A DNA stretch of 64,000 nt, taken from positions 32,001-96,000 of the forward strand of contig JAXGMI010000001.1 of assembly GCA_040768745.1 (NCBI GenBank). Reading direction: 5' to 3'. Position 1 is the stretch's first letter, and each line of letters begins with the position of its first letter. The stretch comes from Desulfomicrobium sp. (GTDB lineage: Bacteria > Desulfobacterota > Desulfovibrionia > Desulfovibrionales > Desulfomicrobiaceae). The notes under the pieces were generated by a model that saw only the letters and a program-made list of their open reading frames with translations, ran no database searches and had not been told where the DNA came from. The translations under genes and the position numbers were made by a program. This document shows, piece after piece, positions 38,394-48,129 of the stretch.

Positions 38394-39737
38394 ATGAACC
38401 GTAAGGCAACGCCCATGACGAAGAAAATCTTGTGCAATTCGCGGCAGTTTGGCGTAATTATCGCGGCGATTCTGATCATGACGTGCTTCGGATTTTCGGT
38501 TTCTGCATCCTCGGGCAGCCATATCTACCGCGCATCCATCTCTCCCAGGTCCGTTTCCATGGCCCCCGCGGAAAGCCAAGCCAAGGTACATGCGTCGTCA
38601 ACAAAAAAGGCACCGGCCAAGCAAAAGGCCGTAGCGTCCACCAAGGCACCGACCAAAAAAGCGCCGGCCACTGTCCGCACTCCATCCCCGACAACCTCAA
38701 AGAAGAAAAACCCTGCCCTGAAATCGTCCGTGGCGAACAAAAAGCAGGAAGCAAATAAAATCTCGAAGTCAGTCACAAGCAAAAAAAATGCACTGCCCGC
38801 AGACAAGTCCAGGGGATCGAAGAAACAATCAGCACCCGTCGCGGCACAACAAACCTCTCCAGCCAAGAAATCGGCCGCCACGATCCGGAAATCGCCTCCG
38901 CCTGCTCCGGCAAAAATTGCTGCAGTCGATCAGCCCAAGGATTTGCATCTCAATGTCAAGGCGGCCATTCTCATCAACATGACCAATGGCAAGGTCTATT
39001 ATGAACAGAATCCAGACAAGGCCATTCCTCCCGCCTCCATCACCAAGCTTTTGACCCTCTTTCTGGTCCGCGAGGCCATGCGCCAAGGCAGGCTTTCTCC
39101 CGACACGCCCATTCCCGTCAGTTCCCGGGCCGTGCTTACCGGAGGATCGCGAATGAGCCTGAAAACCGGCGAAAAAGTCCCTCTCGGCGAACTGATCAAA
39201 GGCATCAGCGTGGTCTCCGCAAACAATGCCTGCGTGGCTGTGGCCGAATATCTGGGCAAGGGAGATCCGAACCGGTTTGTTTCCCAAATGAACTCCAAGG
39301 CCAGAAATATCGGCATGGCCAACAGCAAATTCAAGAACCCCAATGGTCTTCCTGCCCCAGGCCAGCTCTCCACGGCCCGGGACATCGCCAAGCTGTCGAC
39401 CAACTACCTGCGCACCTTCCCGGAATCCCTGTCCGTTCATTCCATGACCACCCATACCTTCCACGGGGCAACGCATCGCAACGCCAATTCGCTGCTGCGC
39501 ACGTACAAAGGCGTGGATGGCCTGAAGACCGGATTTGTCTGTGCCTCGGGCTACAACATCACGGCCACTGCCAGGCGTGGCAACACCCGCCTTGTGGCTG
39601 TGGTCCTGGGGGCTCAGAATTCCATCATCCGCCAGGTCGAGACCGCGAGGCTGCTGGACTACGGCTTCAAGCGCGCGGCCTTGGATGACGGCCTCGGCAA
39701 CAGGGCCGCAAGCCAATCCAAAAAGGATGACGTCTGA
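38394..39737 (+). CDS. D-alanyl-D-alanine carboxypeptidase (S11) with long K/A/S-rich N-terminal linker
   Basis: PASITK (SxxK), SAN (SxN) and GLKTG motifs; signal/TM segment. Start is uncertain. Confidence 0.9.
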   Translation: MNRKATPMTKKILCNSRQFGVIIAAILIMTCFGFSVSASSGSHIYRASISPRSVSMAPAESQAKVHASSTKKAPAKQKAVASTKAPTKKAPATVRTPSPTTSKKKNPALKSSVANKKQEANKISKSVTSKKNALPADKSRGSKKQSAPVAAQQTSPAKKSAATIRKSPPPAPAKIAAVDQPKDLHLNVKAAILINMTNGKVYYEQNPDKAIPPASITKLLTLFLVREAMRQGRLSPDTPIPVSSRAVLTGGSRMSLKTGEKVPLGELIKGISVVSANNACVAVAEYLGKGDPNRFVSQMNSKARNIGMANSKFKNPNGLPAPGQLSTARDIAKLSTNYLRTFPESLSVHSMTTHTFHGATHRNANSLLRTYKGVDGLKTGFVCASGYNITATARRGNTRLVAVVLGAQNSIIRQVETARLLDYGFKRAALDDGLGNRAASQSKKDDV

Positions 39738-39843
39738 ATGGGTACACTGGGCTCCCTGCCCTCGACAACCACGCCGTTGCCATGAGGATTGCAATTGTCC
39801 CCTCCCCGCCAGACCCGTTTGAGCTTTCCATCCCTGCCCATTC

Positions 39844-40308
39844 ATGACTCCTGCCATTTGTGTGGCCTCAAAGGCCGGGATTGCTTTCACGGTGCATGAA
39901 TTTGCCCATGACCAAAGTCACGATTCCTACGGGCTGGAGGCGGCCGCAAAACTGAACGTCCCTGCGGACAGAATCTTCAAGACATTGATCGTCGATGTGG
40001 GGTCCGTGCTGGCCGTTGGCATCATTCCCGTTACGGCCATGCTGAACATGAAGAGTATGGCCAGGGTCCTGGGGGCCAAAAAGGCAGCCATGGCCGACAA
40101 AGCGGATGTGGAGCGGTCAACAGGGTATGTCCTGGGAGGAGTCAGTCCCCTCGGGCAAAAAAAACAGCTGCGCACCATCATTGACGTCGCGGCCCTGGGC
40201 CACCCCACCATCTTTGTCAGCGCGGGCAGGCGAGGCCTGGAAATCGAGCTGTGTCCTCATGACCTGGAACGGATCACAGGGGCAGAGTTCGCCGACATTC
40301 GACAATAA
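39844..40308 (+). CDS. ybaK: Cys-tRNA(Pro) deacylase YbaK
   Basis: MTPA, IFKTL, TGYVLGGVSPLGQKK and VSAGRRG. Confidence 0.93.
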   Translation: MTPAICVASKAGIAFTVHEFAHDQSHDSYGLEAAAKLNVPADRIFKTLIVDVGSVLAVGIIPVTAMLNMKSMARVLGAKKAAMADKADVERSTGYVLGGVSPLGQKKQLRTIIDVAALGHPTIFVSAGRRGLEIELCPHDLERITGAEFADIRQ

Positions 40309-40387
40309 AGAGTATGAGATGCGCGAAACCTGCCTGGCGCAACAAGTCTGCGCATGCAAAAAAACAAAAGCCGGCACGTGGCCGGCT

Positions 40388-42001
40388 CAGACTGCTGACA
40401 AAGTCACCTCAAAACCCTCGTCAAATGACGGGGGTTTTGTTATGAAAGCGGCATGTTACGCAGCACAGGACCCAAACAACTGAAGTACGAATTCGTCTGC
40501 ATTGAGCGCTTGGTCCCCAAAGATCATCTCCTTCGTAAGATCACCAAGTTCATCGATTTCCGTTTCATCCACGACAAGGTCAAAGACCTGTACTGTCCGG
40601 ACAACGGCCGGCCGGCTCTTGATCCGACAGTGCTCTTCAAGATGCTCTTTCTGGGGTATCTGTTCGGCATCCGCAGTGAGCGGCGGCTGATTGAGGAGAT
40701 CAAGGTCAATGTCGCCTACCGCTGGTTTTTGGGCTTCAGCCTGGAAGACAAGATTCCCGACGCCTCGACCATCAGCCAGAACCGCCGCCGTCGCTTCAAC
40801 CAGAGCACGGTCTACCAGGAGATTTTCGACGAGATCGTGGTTCAGGCCATCCGCCGCAAGATGATCGACGGTCGTACCCTGTACACGGATTCGACCCACC
40901 TCAAGGCCAACGCCAACAAGAACAAGTTTGTCGAAGCCGAGGTTGCCAAGAGCACGCGGGATTACATCGATGATCTGGAGCGGGACGTTGCCCAGGACCG
41001 GGCCGACCACGGCAAGAAGGCGTTGAAAGAGAACGATCCGGAACCCGAAACCAAGACGGTCAAGCAGAGCACGACGGACCCGGAGTCTGGCTACATGCAC
41101 CGGGACGGCAAGCCCAAGGGGTTCTTCTTTCTGGATCACCGCTCGGTGGACGGTCTTCATGGCCTGATCACGGATACGTACGTGACGCCAGGCAATGTGC
41201 ATGACTCGATACCGTATCTTGATCGTCTTGATCGACAGCGCGAACGATTTGGTTTTGAAGTGGAGGCGGTTGGACTGGATGCTGGCTACGCGACGACAGG
41301 AATCTGCAAAGGGCTTGAGGAGAGAGGGATTTTTGGAGTGGTTGGCTACCGTCGTTTTGGAAAAAACACGGGCCGCTTCAGACGCAAGGATTTTTTCTAC
41401 GACGACTCAGTGGATTGCTACGTCTGCCCTGCAAACTGCCTTTTGAGTTACCGAACCACCAACCGGGCGGGTTACCGGGAATACGCCTCGGATCCCAAGA
41501 TTTGCAAAGCATGTCAGCTTCTTGAGAGATGCACGACCAGCAAGATATGCCGACGGGTCATAGCGCGCCACGTATGGGAAGATAGTCGGGAACGCATCGA
41601 CTCCAACCGGCTGACGGAGCGTGGCAAGGCCATCTATGCCCGACGCAAGGAAACGGTTGAACGCAGCTTTGCCGACTGCAAGGAACTGCATGGGCATCGT
41701 TACGCCCGGATGCGTGGTCTCTCGAAGGTCTTGGAGCAATTCCTGCTGTGTGCGGCCGCGTTCAACATGAAAAAAATCGCCCTGCACTTGTCAAGATTGG
41801 GACTCCGCAGGCCAGCGAGCCCGGCAGTTGCCATGGCCGGGATGATTCTGTCCTTTATTTACGGGATATTCCAATCACAAAAGCGCCAATACGCCCCAAT
41901 TTGATCCCAGAAGGGCCTCCTGAACGATTTCGGGCAAAATACAAATCGTCAAAAAAACAAACCCTCGCCGAACGGTACGGCGAGGGTTTGTCAGTGGTCT
42001 G
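40388..42001 (+). mobile_element. IS1182-family insertion sequence with 19-bp target duplication
   Basis: TIRs CAGACTGCTGACAAA / TTTGTCAGTGGTCTG. Direct repeat AGCCGGCACGTGGCCGGCT at 40369-40387 and 42002-42020. Confidence 0.92.
40453..41904 (+). CDS. IS1182-family transposase
   Basis: LVPKDHLLR, GRPALDP, GIRSERRL, DSTHLKANA, TTDPES, DAGY and RKETVERSFA. Confidence 0.95.
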   Translation: MLRSTGPKQLKYEFVCIERLVPKDHLLRKITKFIDFRFIHDKVKDLYCPDNGRPALDPTVLFKMLFLGYLFGIRSERRLIEEIKVNVAYRWFLGFSLEDKIPDASTISQNRRRRFNQSTVYQEIFDEIVVQAIRRKMIDGRTLYTDSTHLKANANKNKFVEAEVAKSTRDYIDDLERDVAQDRADHGKKALKENDPEPETKTVKQSTTDPESGYMHRDGKPKGFFFLDHRSVDGLHGLITDTYVTPGNVHDSIPYLDRLDRQRERFGFEVEAVGLDAGYATTGICKGLEERGIFGVVGYRRFGKNTGRFRRKDFFYDDSVDCYVCPANCLLSYRTTNRAGYREYASDPKICKACQLLERCTTSKICRRVIARHVWEDSRERIDSNRLTERGKAIYARRKETVERSFADCKELHGHRYARMRGLSKVLEQFLLCAAAFNMKKIALHLSRLGLRRPASPAVAMAGMILSFIYGIFQSQKRQYAPI

Positions 42002-42041
42002 AGCCGGCACGTGGCCGGCTCGCGCTTGGATGGAAGAAGAA

Positions 42042-43064
42042 TCAGAGCACAACGCCCCAATTGTCCGAAGCGAGACGTGCCCCGGTGGAGGTGACCAGCA
42101 GGCAGGCATGACCAGAGAGGGAATTGGTCAAATGCAGCGCCTCCCGCGGGTGCATGAGGCTCAGGGCCGTGGCCAGGCCGTCGGCCTGCATGACTGTGGG
42201 AGCCTGCACGCTGACACTCTTGACGTAGGTGGGCGAAGCCCCTGTTTCGGGGTTGACCAGATGATGCGACTTCTTCTGCGGATCGAAAAAGACTTCGTAG
42301 CCGCCGGATGTGGCCACCGCTCCGGACCGCATGGCGATGACAGCGGGATAGTGGCCTTGCTTGTCCGGATCCTCGATGGCGATGCGCCATGGACTGCCCG
42401 AGCCTGTGGACGATCCCTGCACGCGGATGTCCCCGCCAGCGTCGACCATGAAATGTTCAATCCCAGCACCCTGCAGGACCTCGGCAGCGCGGTCGGCAAT
42501 GTACCCCTTGGCCACGCCGTCCAGTGTGGCAGCCATGCCAGAGAACCCGAAGCGCAGGGAGGATCCCTGCCGGGACAGCCGTCCGGCATCGACCAGGGCC
42601 AGGGCGTTACGCAGATCAGACGCATCAGGTCTGCCCTTGGTCCTCTCCAGCAGGTTGACCACGGGGGCGATGGTGACATCGAAGCGCCCCCCCGAGCTGT
42701 CATGCATCTGCCGACTGTAGTCCAGAACATCCAGAAGTTCCTGCGGGGAACCGCTCAACCGCCCCTGTTCATTCAGCACGGACAAGGCCGTGCCCGAATC
42801 AAACCGGCTCAGAATGGCGACCAGTCGATTGATCTCCTCATACGCCCGACCGATGCCCTCCTCGCCCTGGAGCCTCGATGGAGCCATGACCGACATACCC
42901 ACGATGGTACCCATGAGAATGCGCTGCTCCTCAGTCCGCACCAGGATGGTTCCGGCCTCAGCCGGAAGCACACGCAAGGCTGGAGCCATGACCGTTCCGG
43001 CAGCGAGGACAGCCACAGATTTCAGGAAAACCCGCCTGTTTTGATAGTTATTCCCATGCGTCAT
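42042..43064 (-). CDS. apbE: FAD:protein FMN transferase ApbE with Tat signal
   Basis: NRRVFLK, MGT, FDVTI, GVAKGY, GGDI, ATSG, HLVNP and ADGLAT. Confidence 0.93.
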   Translation of the reverse strand: MTHGNNYQNRRVFLKSVAVLAAGTVMAPALRVLPAEAGTILVRTEEQRILMGTIVGMSVMAPSRLQGEEGIGRAYEEINRLVAILSRFDSGTALSVLNEQGRLSGSPQELLDVLDYSRQMHDSSGGRFDVTIAPVVNLLERTKGRPDASDLRNALALVDAGRLSRQGSSLRFGFSGMAATLDGVAKGYIADRAAEVLQGAGIEHFMVDAGGDIRVQGSSTGSGSPWRIAIEDPDKQGHYPAVIAMRSGAVATSGGYEVFFDPQKKSHHLVNPETGASPTYVKSVSVQAPTVMQADGLATALSLMHPREALHLTNSLSGHACLLVTSTGARLASDNWGVVL

Positions 43065-43090
43065 ATTGAAACTCCCCTCAGTGGCGTGGT

Positions 43091-43972
43091 TTAGGCTTTC
43101 AAGTCCGCAACGTGCGATTCCTCAGGATACTTGGCTGGCTCTTTTTCGGGAGCCTCCGCGATATACTCGGGATTCAGGCAACGCAGGATGTTGCGCGGAC
43201 ATTTCTCCACACAGGCCTCGCCGCAGGACGGCCCATACGCCAGGCACGCCTTATGGTCGATGTGGATGCGCTCGTCCACCATGGTAATTGCCTGAGCCGG
43301 ACATTTCTTGATACACGCCCCGCAACTGATGCATCCCGCGTCGCAGACATCCTTCACAGCCTTGCCCTTGTCCTGGGACGAACAAAAAACCATGACCCGG
43401 GACCGGCGGGGAATGAGTTCAAGAATGGCATTGGGGCAGGTCCGCACGCATGTTCCGCAGCTTGTGCACTTCGCGGGTGCGATATGCACCAGACCGTTTT
43501 CAACCCACATGGCATCAAAGGGACAGGCCCGCACACAGTCACCAAAACCGAGGCACGAAAATTTGCACGTGTCAGGGCCATCCTGGATCAGCTTGGCCGC
43601 TGCGCAACTCTTGATCCCGAAGTATTCGAACTTCTTGGCCACATTGCCTTCGACTTTGACGCAACGGCGAAAGGCTACCATGGGATCCGCGGCACCCGCG
43701 GCCTTGCCCGTCAGCTCCGCCACTCTGGCGGCCACATCCGGACCACCAGCGCAGCATTTGTTCGGTGCAACATTAGGATCATTGATAACGGCAGCGGCGT
43801 ACGATTCGCACCCGGCGAAGCCACAACCACCACAGTTCGCCCCAGGCAATGCCTCAGCCACCACTTCAATGCGCGGATCCTCTTCGACGGCAAGGAATTT
43901 GGAGGCAACGGAAAGGATGCCGGCCGACACAAACCCCAGGCCAAACAAGGAAAGAACAGACTCTGTGATCAT
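43091..43972 (-). CDS. rnfB: Rnf complex subunit B
   Basis: LPGANCGGCGFAGC plus multiple ferredoxin motifs. Confidence 0.93.
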   Translation of the reverse strand: MITESVLSLFGLGFVSAGILSVASKFLAVEEDPRIEVVAEALPGANCGGCGFAGCESYAAAVINDPNVAPNKCCAGGPDVAARVAELTGKAAGAADPMVAFRRCVKVEGNVAKKFEYFGIKSCAAAKLIQDGPDTCKFSCLGFGDCVRACPFDAMWVENGLVHIAPAKCTSCGTCVRTCPNAILELIPRRSRVMVFCSSQDKGKAVKDVCDAGCISCGACIKKCPAQAITMVDERIHIDHKACLAYGPSCGEACVEKCPRNILRCLNPEYIAEAPEKEPAKYPEESHVADLKA

Positions 43973-43988
43973 AAATATCTCCGTTCTC

Positions 43989-44564
43989 TTAGGCTATCAT
44001 ACCTTTGAACGCCATAAAGGCCAGGGACATGATTCCGGCCATGATAAGGCCACTTGGTACTCCCTTCATGGACCGGGGAATACGCGTGATTTCAAACCGC
44101 TCACGAATGCCGGCCATGAGAATGATCGCAAGAAGAAACCCCAGTGAGGCAGCTAAGGCGTACAAGGTGGAGGTCAACAAATCGAATTCTTTGCGCTGCA
44201 CCAGGATGGCCACACCAAGGACCGCGCAGTTGGTGGTGATCAGCGGCAGAAAGATACCCAAGGACTTGTAAAGAGGCGGCACCATTTTTTTCAGGAACAT
44301 TTCCACGAACTGGACCAGGGCGGCAATGACAAGAATAAAGACAATGGTCTGTAAATATTCGAGATGAAGAACATTGAGAACGTACTTCTGGATCAGGAAG
44401 CATATGACTGTGGCCAGAACGATGACAAAGAGAACCGCCGCGCCCATGCCAAAGGCAACACCTTTCTCCTTGGAACAGCCCAGATAGGGACAGTTTCCCA
44501 AGTATTGAGCAAGGAGAATGTTGTTGACGAAGATAGCCGAGATGAAAAGGAGGAAAATATCCAT
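43989..44564 (-). CDS. rnfA: Rnf complex subunit A
   Basis: NNILLAQYLGNCP and LGIFLPLITTNCAVLG. Confidence 0.95.
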   Translation of the reverse strand: MDIFLLFISAIFVNNILLAQYLGNCPYLGCSKEKGVAFGMGAAVLFVIVLATVICFLIQKYVLNVLHLEYLQTIVFILVIAALVQFVEMFLKKMVPPLYKSLGIFLPLITTNCAVLGVAILVQRKEFDLLTSTLYALAASLGFLLAIILMAGIRERFEITRIPRSMKGVPSGLIMAGIMSLAFMAFKGMIA

Positions 44565-44580
44565 ACGCCATACTCCTTAA

Positions 44581-45300
44581 TTAGCCCTTGGATGGTTCCA
44601 GACGCTCCAGCTTCTGCTGGGCCGCAATCTTGTCCATCATCTTGCACGCGCCGCAGCCTGAACAACCTGCGTCGAAATTGGGATCCAGATCGACGCCTTT
44701 ACGCTTGGCCTGCCAGACGTTCAAAAAATTCATCCCCGCCAGGATCAGGCCCAAACAGACAAAGGCGCCGGGGGCCTGGACCATGAAGGTGAATGGATGA
44801 AAGTCGGGACCGAACAGGGGGACTCCGAACAAGGTTCCCGACCCAAAGGATTCGCGGATGGCCCCCAGAAAAGTCAGGGAGATGGTAAAACCGATGCCCA
44901 TGCCCAATCCGTCAGCCAGGGATGCGAGAGGAGGATTCTTCCCGGCAAAGGCCTCGGCCCGGCCCAGGATGATGCAGTTGACAACGATGAGCGGAACGAA
45001 AATTCCAAGCTGCTCATACAGGGGATAGGCAAACGCCTGCATGAGCATTTCCACAGCCACAACCAGGGAGGCGGCAATGGCGATGAAGCAGGCGATACGG
45101 ACCTTCTTGGGAATGATATTACGCACCAGGGAAATGATCACATTGGACAGGGCGAGGACAAAAATAACCGCCGCACCCATGCCAAGACCGTTATTGGCGG
45201 TGTTGCTGACCGCCAGGGTGGGACACAGACCCAATACCAGACGGAAGGGCGGAATTTCCTTCCACAGTCCTTTGGTAAATTCTTGCACCAAGCTGGCCAT
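44581..45300 (-). CDS. rnfE: Rnf complex subunit E
   Basis: LGLCPTLAV and PLIVVNCIILGRAEAFA. ATG 45300 has an AGGAG RBS. Confidence 0.95.
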   Translation of the reverse strand: MASLVQEFTKGLWKEIPPFRLVLGLCPTLAVSNTANNGLGMGAAVIFVLALSNVIISLVRNIIPKKVRIACFIAIAASLVVAVEMLMQAFAYPLYEQLGIFVPLIVVNCIILGRAEAFAGKNPPLASLADGLGMGIGFTISLTFLGAIRESFGSGTLFGVPLFGPDFHPFTFMVQAPGAFVCLGLILAGMNFLNVWQAKRKGVDLDPNFDAGCSGCGACKMMDKIAAQQKLERLEPSKG

Positions 45301-45326
45301 TTCTTTCTCCTTGAAAGAATCTTCTG

Positions 45327-45908
45327 TTACCAGGAAGTTTTGATGGAGTCTTTGAGGGTTGAATACCACCCAGCGGTTTTCTTGACCGCCTCGGCGGCCC
45401 CGATCGACGAGAAGGTTGCCCCTGAAATGGCGTCAATCCCTCCTCCGTCCTTCTTCAGAGCGGCCTTTTCCAGCGCCATCCCCTTGAATTGCTTGGTGAA
45501 TGCAGGCTCACCGATTCTGGATCCAATACCCGGGGTTTCCTTGTGGGTTGTGATGCTGATTCCGAGCAGTGCGTCCTTGACCACATCGAAGCCAACCAGA
45601 ACATTAACGTCCCCGCCATAACCCTTTCCACCCGCCTCCATGGCCACGGCCAACAGCTTGCCGTCCTTGATGGACGGAAAAACTACGACTGACTCCCCTT
45701 CGCTGCCCGGCTTGGGCATGGCCTTGCGGTCGACAATCGGATCGTTGGTCCCTTGCAGAAAAATCTGTTTCAGAGCAGGCCCTTGCACATTCTTGAGGAT
45801 CTGCTCTTCGATGATGGGGGTGGTCCAGACTTTGAGACCGGAGAGTACAAAACCCGAAAGGCCGGTGATCGCGGAAAGCACAACGATCATGCGAATAATT
45901 TCCATCAT
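45327..45908 (-). CDS. rnfG: Rnf complex subunit G
   Basis: GYGG, HKETPGIG and FMN-attachment motif DAISGAT. Confidence 0.93.
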   Translation of the reverse strand: MMEIIRMIVVLSAITGLSGFVLSGLKVWTTPIIEEQILKNVQGPALKQIFLQGTNDPIVDRKAMPKPGSEGESVVVFPSIKDGKLLAVAMEAGGKGYGGDVNVLVGFDVVKDALLGISITTHKETPGIGSRIGEPAFTKQFKGMALEKAALKKDGGGIDAISGATFSSIGAAEAVKKTAGWYSTLKDSIKTSW

Positions 45909-45913
45909 GGCGC

Positions 45914-46870
45914 CTACCTCCCCCCAAAGGGCTTGGGTTGAATGAGGTCAATCAGGGGAGTGCACAGATTGAGCAAAAGAACGGCGAAAGGCGCGCCATC
46001 AGGATACACGCCATAGGTCCGGATAATGATCATCAGCGCCCCGCCCAACAATCCATAGATCAGCATGGGTACCCGCCAGACAGGTGAAGAGGAGGAATAT
46101 GGCATGAGAAAGAATGCCGCCATAAGGGTGCTGCCTGACAGGAGGTGAAACACGGGAGAAGCGTAAAGCTGCGGATCAATGAGATTGTAGAGCAGCGCGG
46201 TGAGAAACACGCCTACCAGGAAGGACACGGGGATGAACCAGCGCAATTGCCCACGGCCGAGCAGATACAAGCCGCCGATCAGAATCATCAGGCCCTGCGA
46301 GGCACCCAGTGCCCCGAGATTTTCACCCAGAAGCAAGCTCACGGGTTTGATATCGGCAATGGCCGCAGTGCCGAAGTATTTCAGTTCGCTCAAGGGTTCC
46401 ACGAGATCCCAGTTCAGGAGCATCCCGTTCAGATCCATGAAATCAGGCCAGGAAATGGACAAAACCGCCCATCCCACAGCAGGAGCGCAGACCGGACTCC
46501 CACCGTATCCCCCGAACACCATGCGCCCAAGGATGATGGTGAGCGCCGCCCCAACAATCACCATCCACCAGGGGGCTGTGGCTGGAAGCAGAAAGGCGAA
46601 CAGAAGGCCGTCCACCAGGGCGCTGAAGTCGTCCGAGGTCGGGGCCTGGTCCATGAGCTTCTGAACTGCAGCTTCCGTGATGACTGCCGCAAGACCTGCC
46701 CAGGCCATGACTTCCACAGCGTCGTACCCGAAGCGGTACACGGCCATGGCCGCAGCCGGCAAAAGAGCCAGCAAGGTATGAAGCATGGTCTTTTGAAGCG
46801 TCTTCCCGCAATGCCAAAGCGGAGCCGAGGTCACTGTGTACATGCTTTTCGAGATTTCCTGGCTTGCCAT
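45914..46870 (-). CDS. rnfD: Rnf complex subunit D
   Basis: Polytopic membrane protein with FGGYG, AFF and IRTYGVYPDG; operon position. Confidence 0.9.
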   Translation of the reverse strand: MASQEISKSMYTVTSAPLWHCGKTLQKTMLHTLLALLPAAAMAVYRFGYDAVEVMAWAGLAAVITEAAVQKLMDQAPTSDDFSALVDGLLFAFLLPATAPWWMVIVGAALTIILGRMVFGGYGGSPVCAPAVGWAVLSISWPDFMDLNGMLLNWDLVEPLSELKYFGTAAIADIKPVSLLLGENLGALGASQGLMILIGGLYLLGRGQLRWFIPVSFLVGVFLTALLYNLIDPQLYASPVFHLLSGSTLMAAFFLMPYSSSSPVWRVPMLIYGLLGGALMIIIRTYGVYPDGAPFAVLLLNLCTPLIDLIQPKPFGGR

Positions 46871-46925
46871 GTGCTGTTATCCTTCCTTGTTCGAGACTAA
46901 TTGATGAAGAACGATGCGGAAAGCA

Positions 46926-48122
46926 TCAGCTCTGCAATCTGCAAGAAGCCGTGAATTCATCCTGCGCAGCCAGATGTTGCTTGGCCAGCTTCAGGAATTG
47001 CATCACCGGACGGTTTACTGGGCATACGAATGTGCACATGCCGCATTCCATGCAGGCATCGACATGCCTGGAGCGGGTGGCTTCAAATAAAGTAAACTCG
47101 GCGTAACGAGAAAGCATTCCGGGCTGAACGCGAGCCGGGCATGCCAGCACACATTCACCGCAGTTGATGCAGGGATTGGGCTGAACTTCAGGGAACTGAT
47201 CTGCAGGTACGAGGGTTATGGCGGTGCAATTCTCAGGTATCCCGACAGTCAGATCACAGATCGCCTCTCCGCGCATGGGGCCATCCAGTGCGATTTTCCA
47301 ATCTGCGCCGTATGGGACGCCCGCCACGTTCAAGAGATCCTGCACCGGCGTACCGGTCAACACCCGATATACCGATTCTCCAACCCCGACGACCGCATCC
47401 AGCAAAGGCAGCTTGGTCTCGCCAACCCTGCCAACACGGTACAGGTCAGAGACGGAAATGATGTCCACGTTGTCGGGCCGCTCGACCCCTGTTGCGGTCA
47501 AGACCACAAGCGGGTCGATGGTCGCCGGATAGACATCGCTGGCATGCACGGTGGTACAGCCATACAAGGTGATATTTTTGCCTTCTGCCACCACGATCTT
47601 GACTGTCCCAGGCTTTACAGCCCGCTCCAGAATCCGCACTCCCACTTCTAGTGTCTTTTGGGCATCCTTGAGCAGCTGTTCGCTGACAACCACGCCTGGT
47701 TCCGGGTTCAAGCCATTGATAATCAATGTACGCGATGGATGAAATTTGTTCGTATCAATACCCAGCTCCAGCAGTTTGCGACACAGATCCTCTCCGCTCA
47801 GGCTGTCGAGTTCCGCACACGGTTCGGGTCGCACTGGCATCTGTGGATCTTCGCCTTCCTTGGGCGCAGGAAGAGGACCGACGACAATGGCGTTGGGGAG
47901 AATATCTTCCACCATCCCGTCGATGGTCGCGTGAACATACCCGGTGCAGAATGCACTGATGCACTTGGTTTCCGCGACTACCTGCCCGCGGCCCACGATC
48001 TGCTTCTTCTTGACCACGGGCTTCTGGTTTTTCTGGATCGGAATACGCACCAATGCGGGCACCGGTGCATCCTGCAAAGTCCCTTTGAGTTCGACCGAAG
48101 TTTTCAGACTAGTTTTCATCAT
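46926..48122 (-). CDS. rnfC: Rnf complex subunit C (divergent)
   Basis: VHATIDG, LIING..EP, GPMRG, CINCGECVLACP and CMECGMCTFVCP. Confidence 0.88.
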   Translation of the reverse strand: MMKTSLKTSVELKGTLQDAPVPALVRIPIQKNQKPVVKKKQIVGRGQVVAETKCISAFCTGYVHATIDGMVEDILPNAIVVGPLPAPKEGEDPQMPVRPEPCAELDSLSGEDLCRKLLELGIDTNKFHPSRTLIINGLNPEPGVVVSEQLLKDAQKTLEVGVRILERAVKPGTVKIVVAEGKNITLYGCTTVHASDVYPATIDPLVVLTATGVERPDNVDIISVSDLYRVGRVGETKLPLLDAVVGVGESVYRVLTGTPVQDLLNVAGVPYGADWKIALDGPMRGEAICDLTVGIPENCTAITLVPADQFPEVQPNPCINCGECVLACPARVQPGMLSRYAEFTLFEATRSRHVDACMECGMCTFVCPVNRPVMQFLKLAKQHLAAQDEFTASCRLQS

Positions 48123-48129
48123 GATGGTC

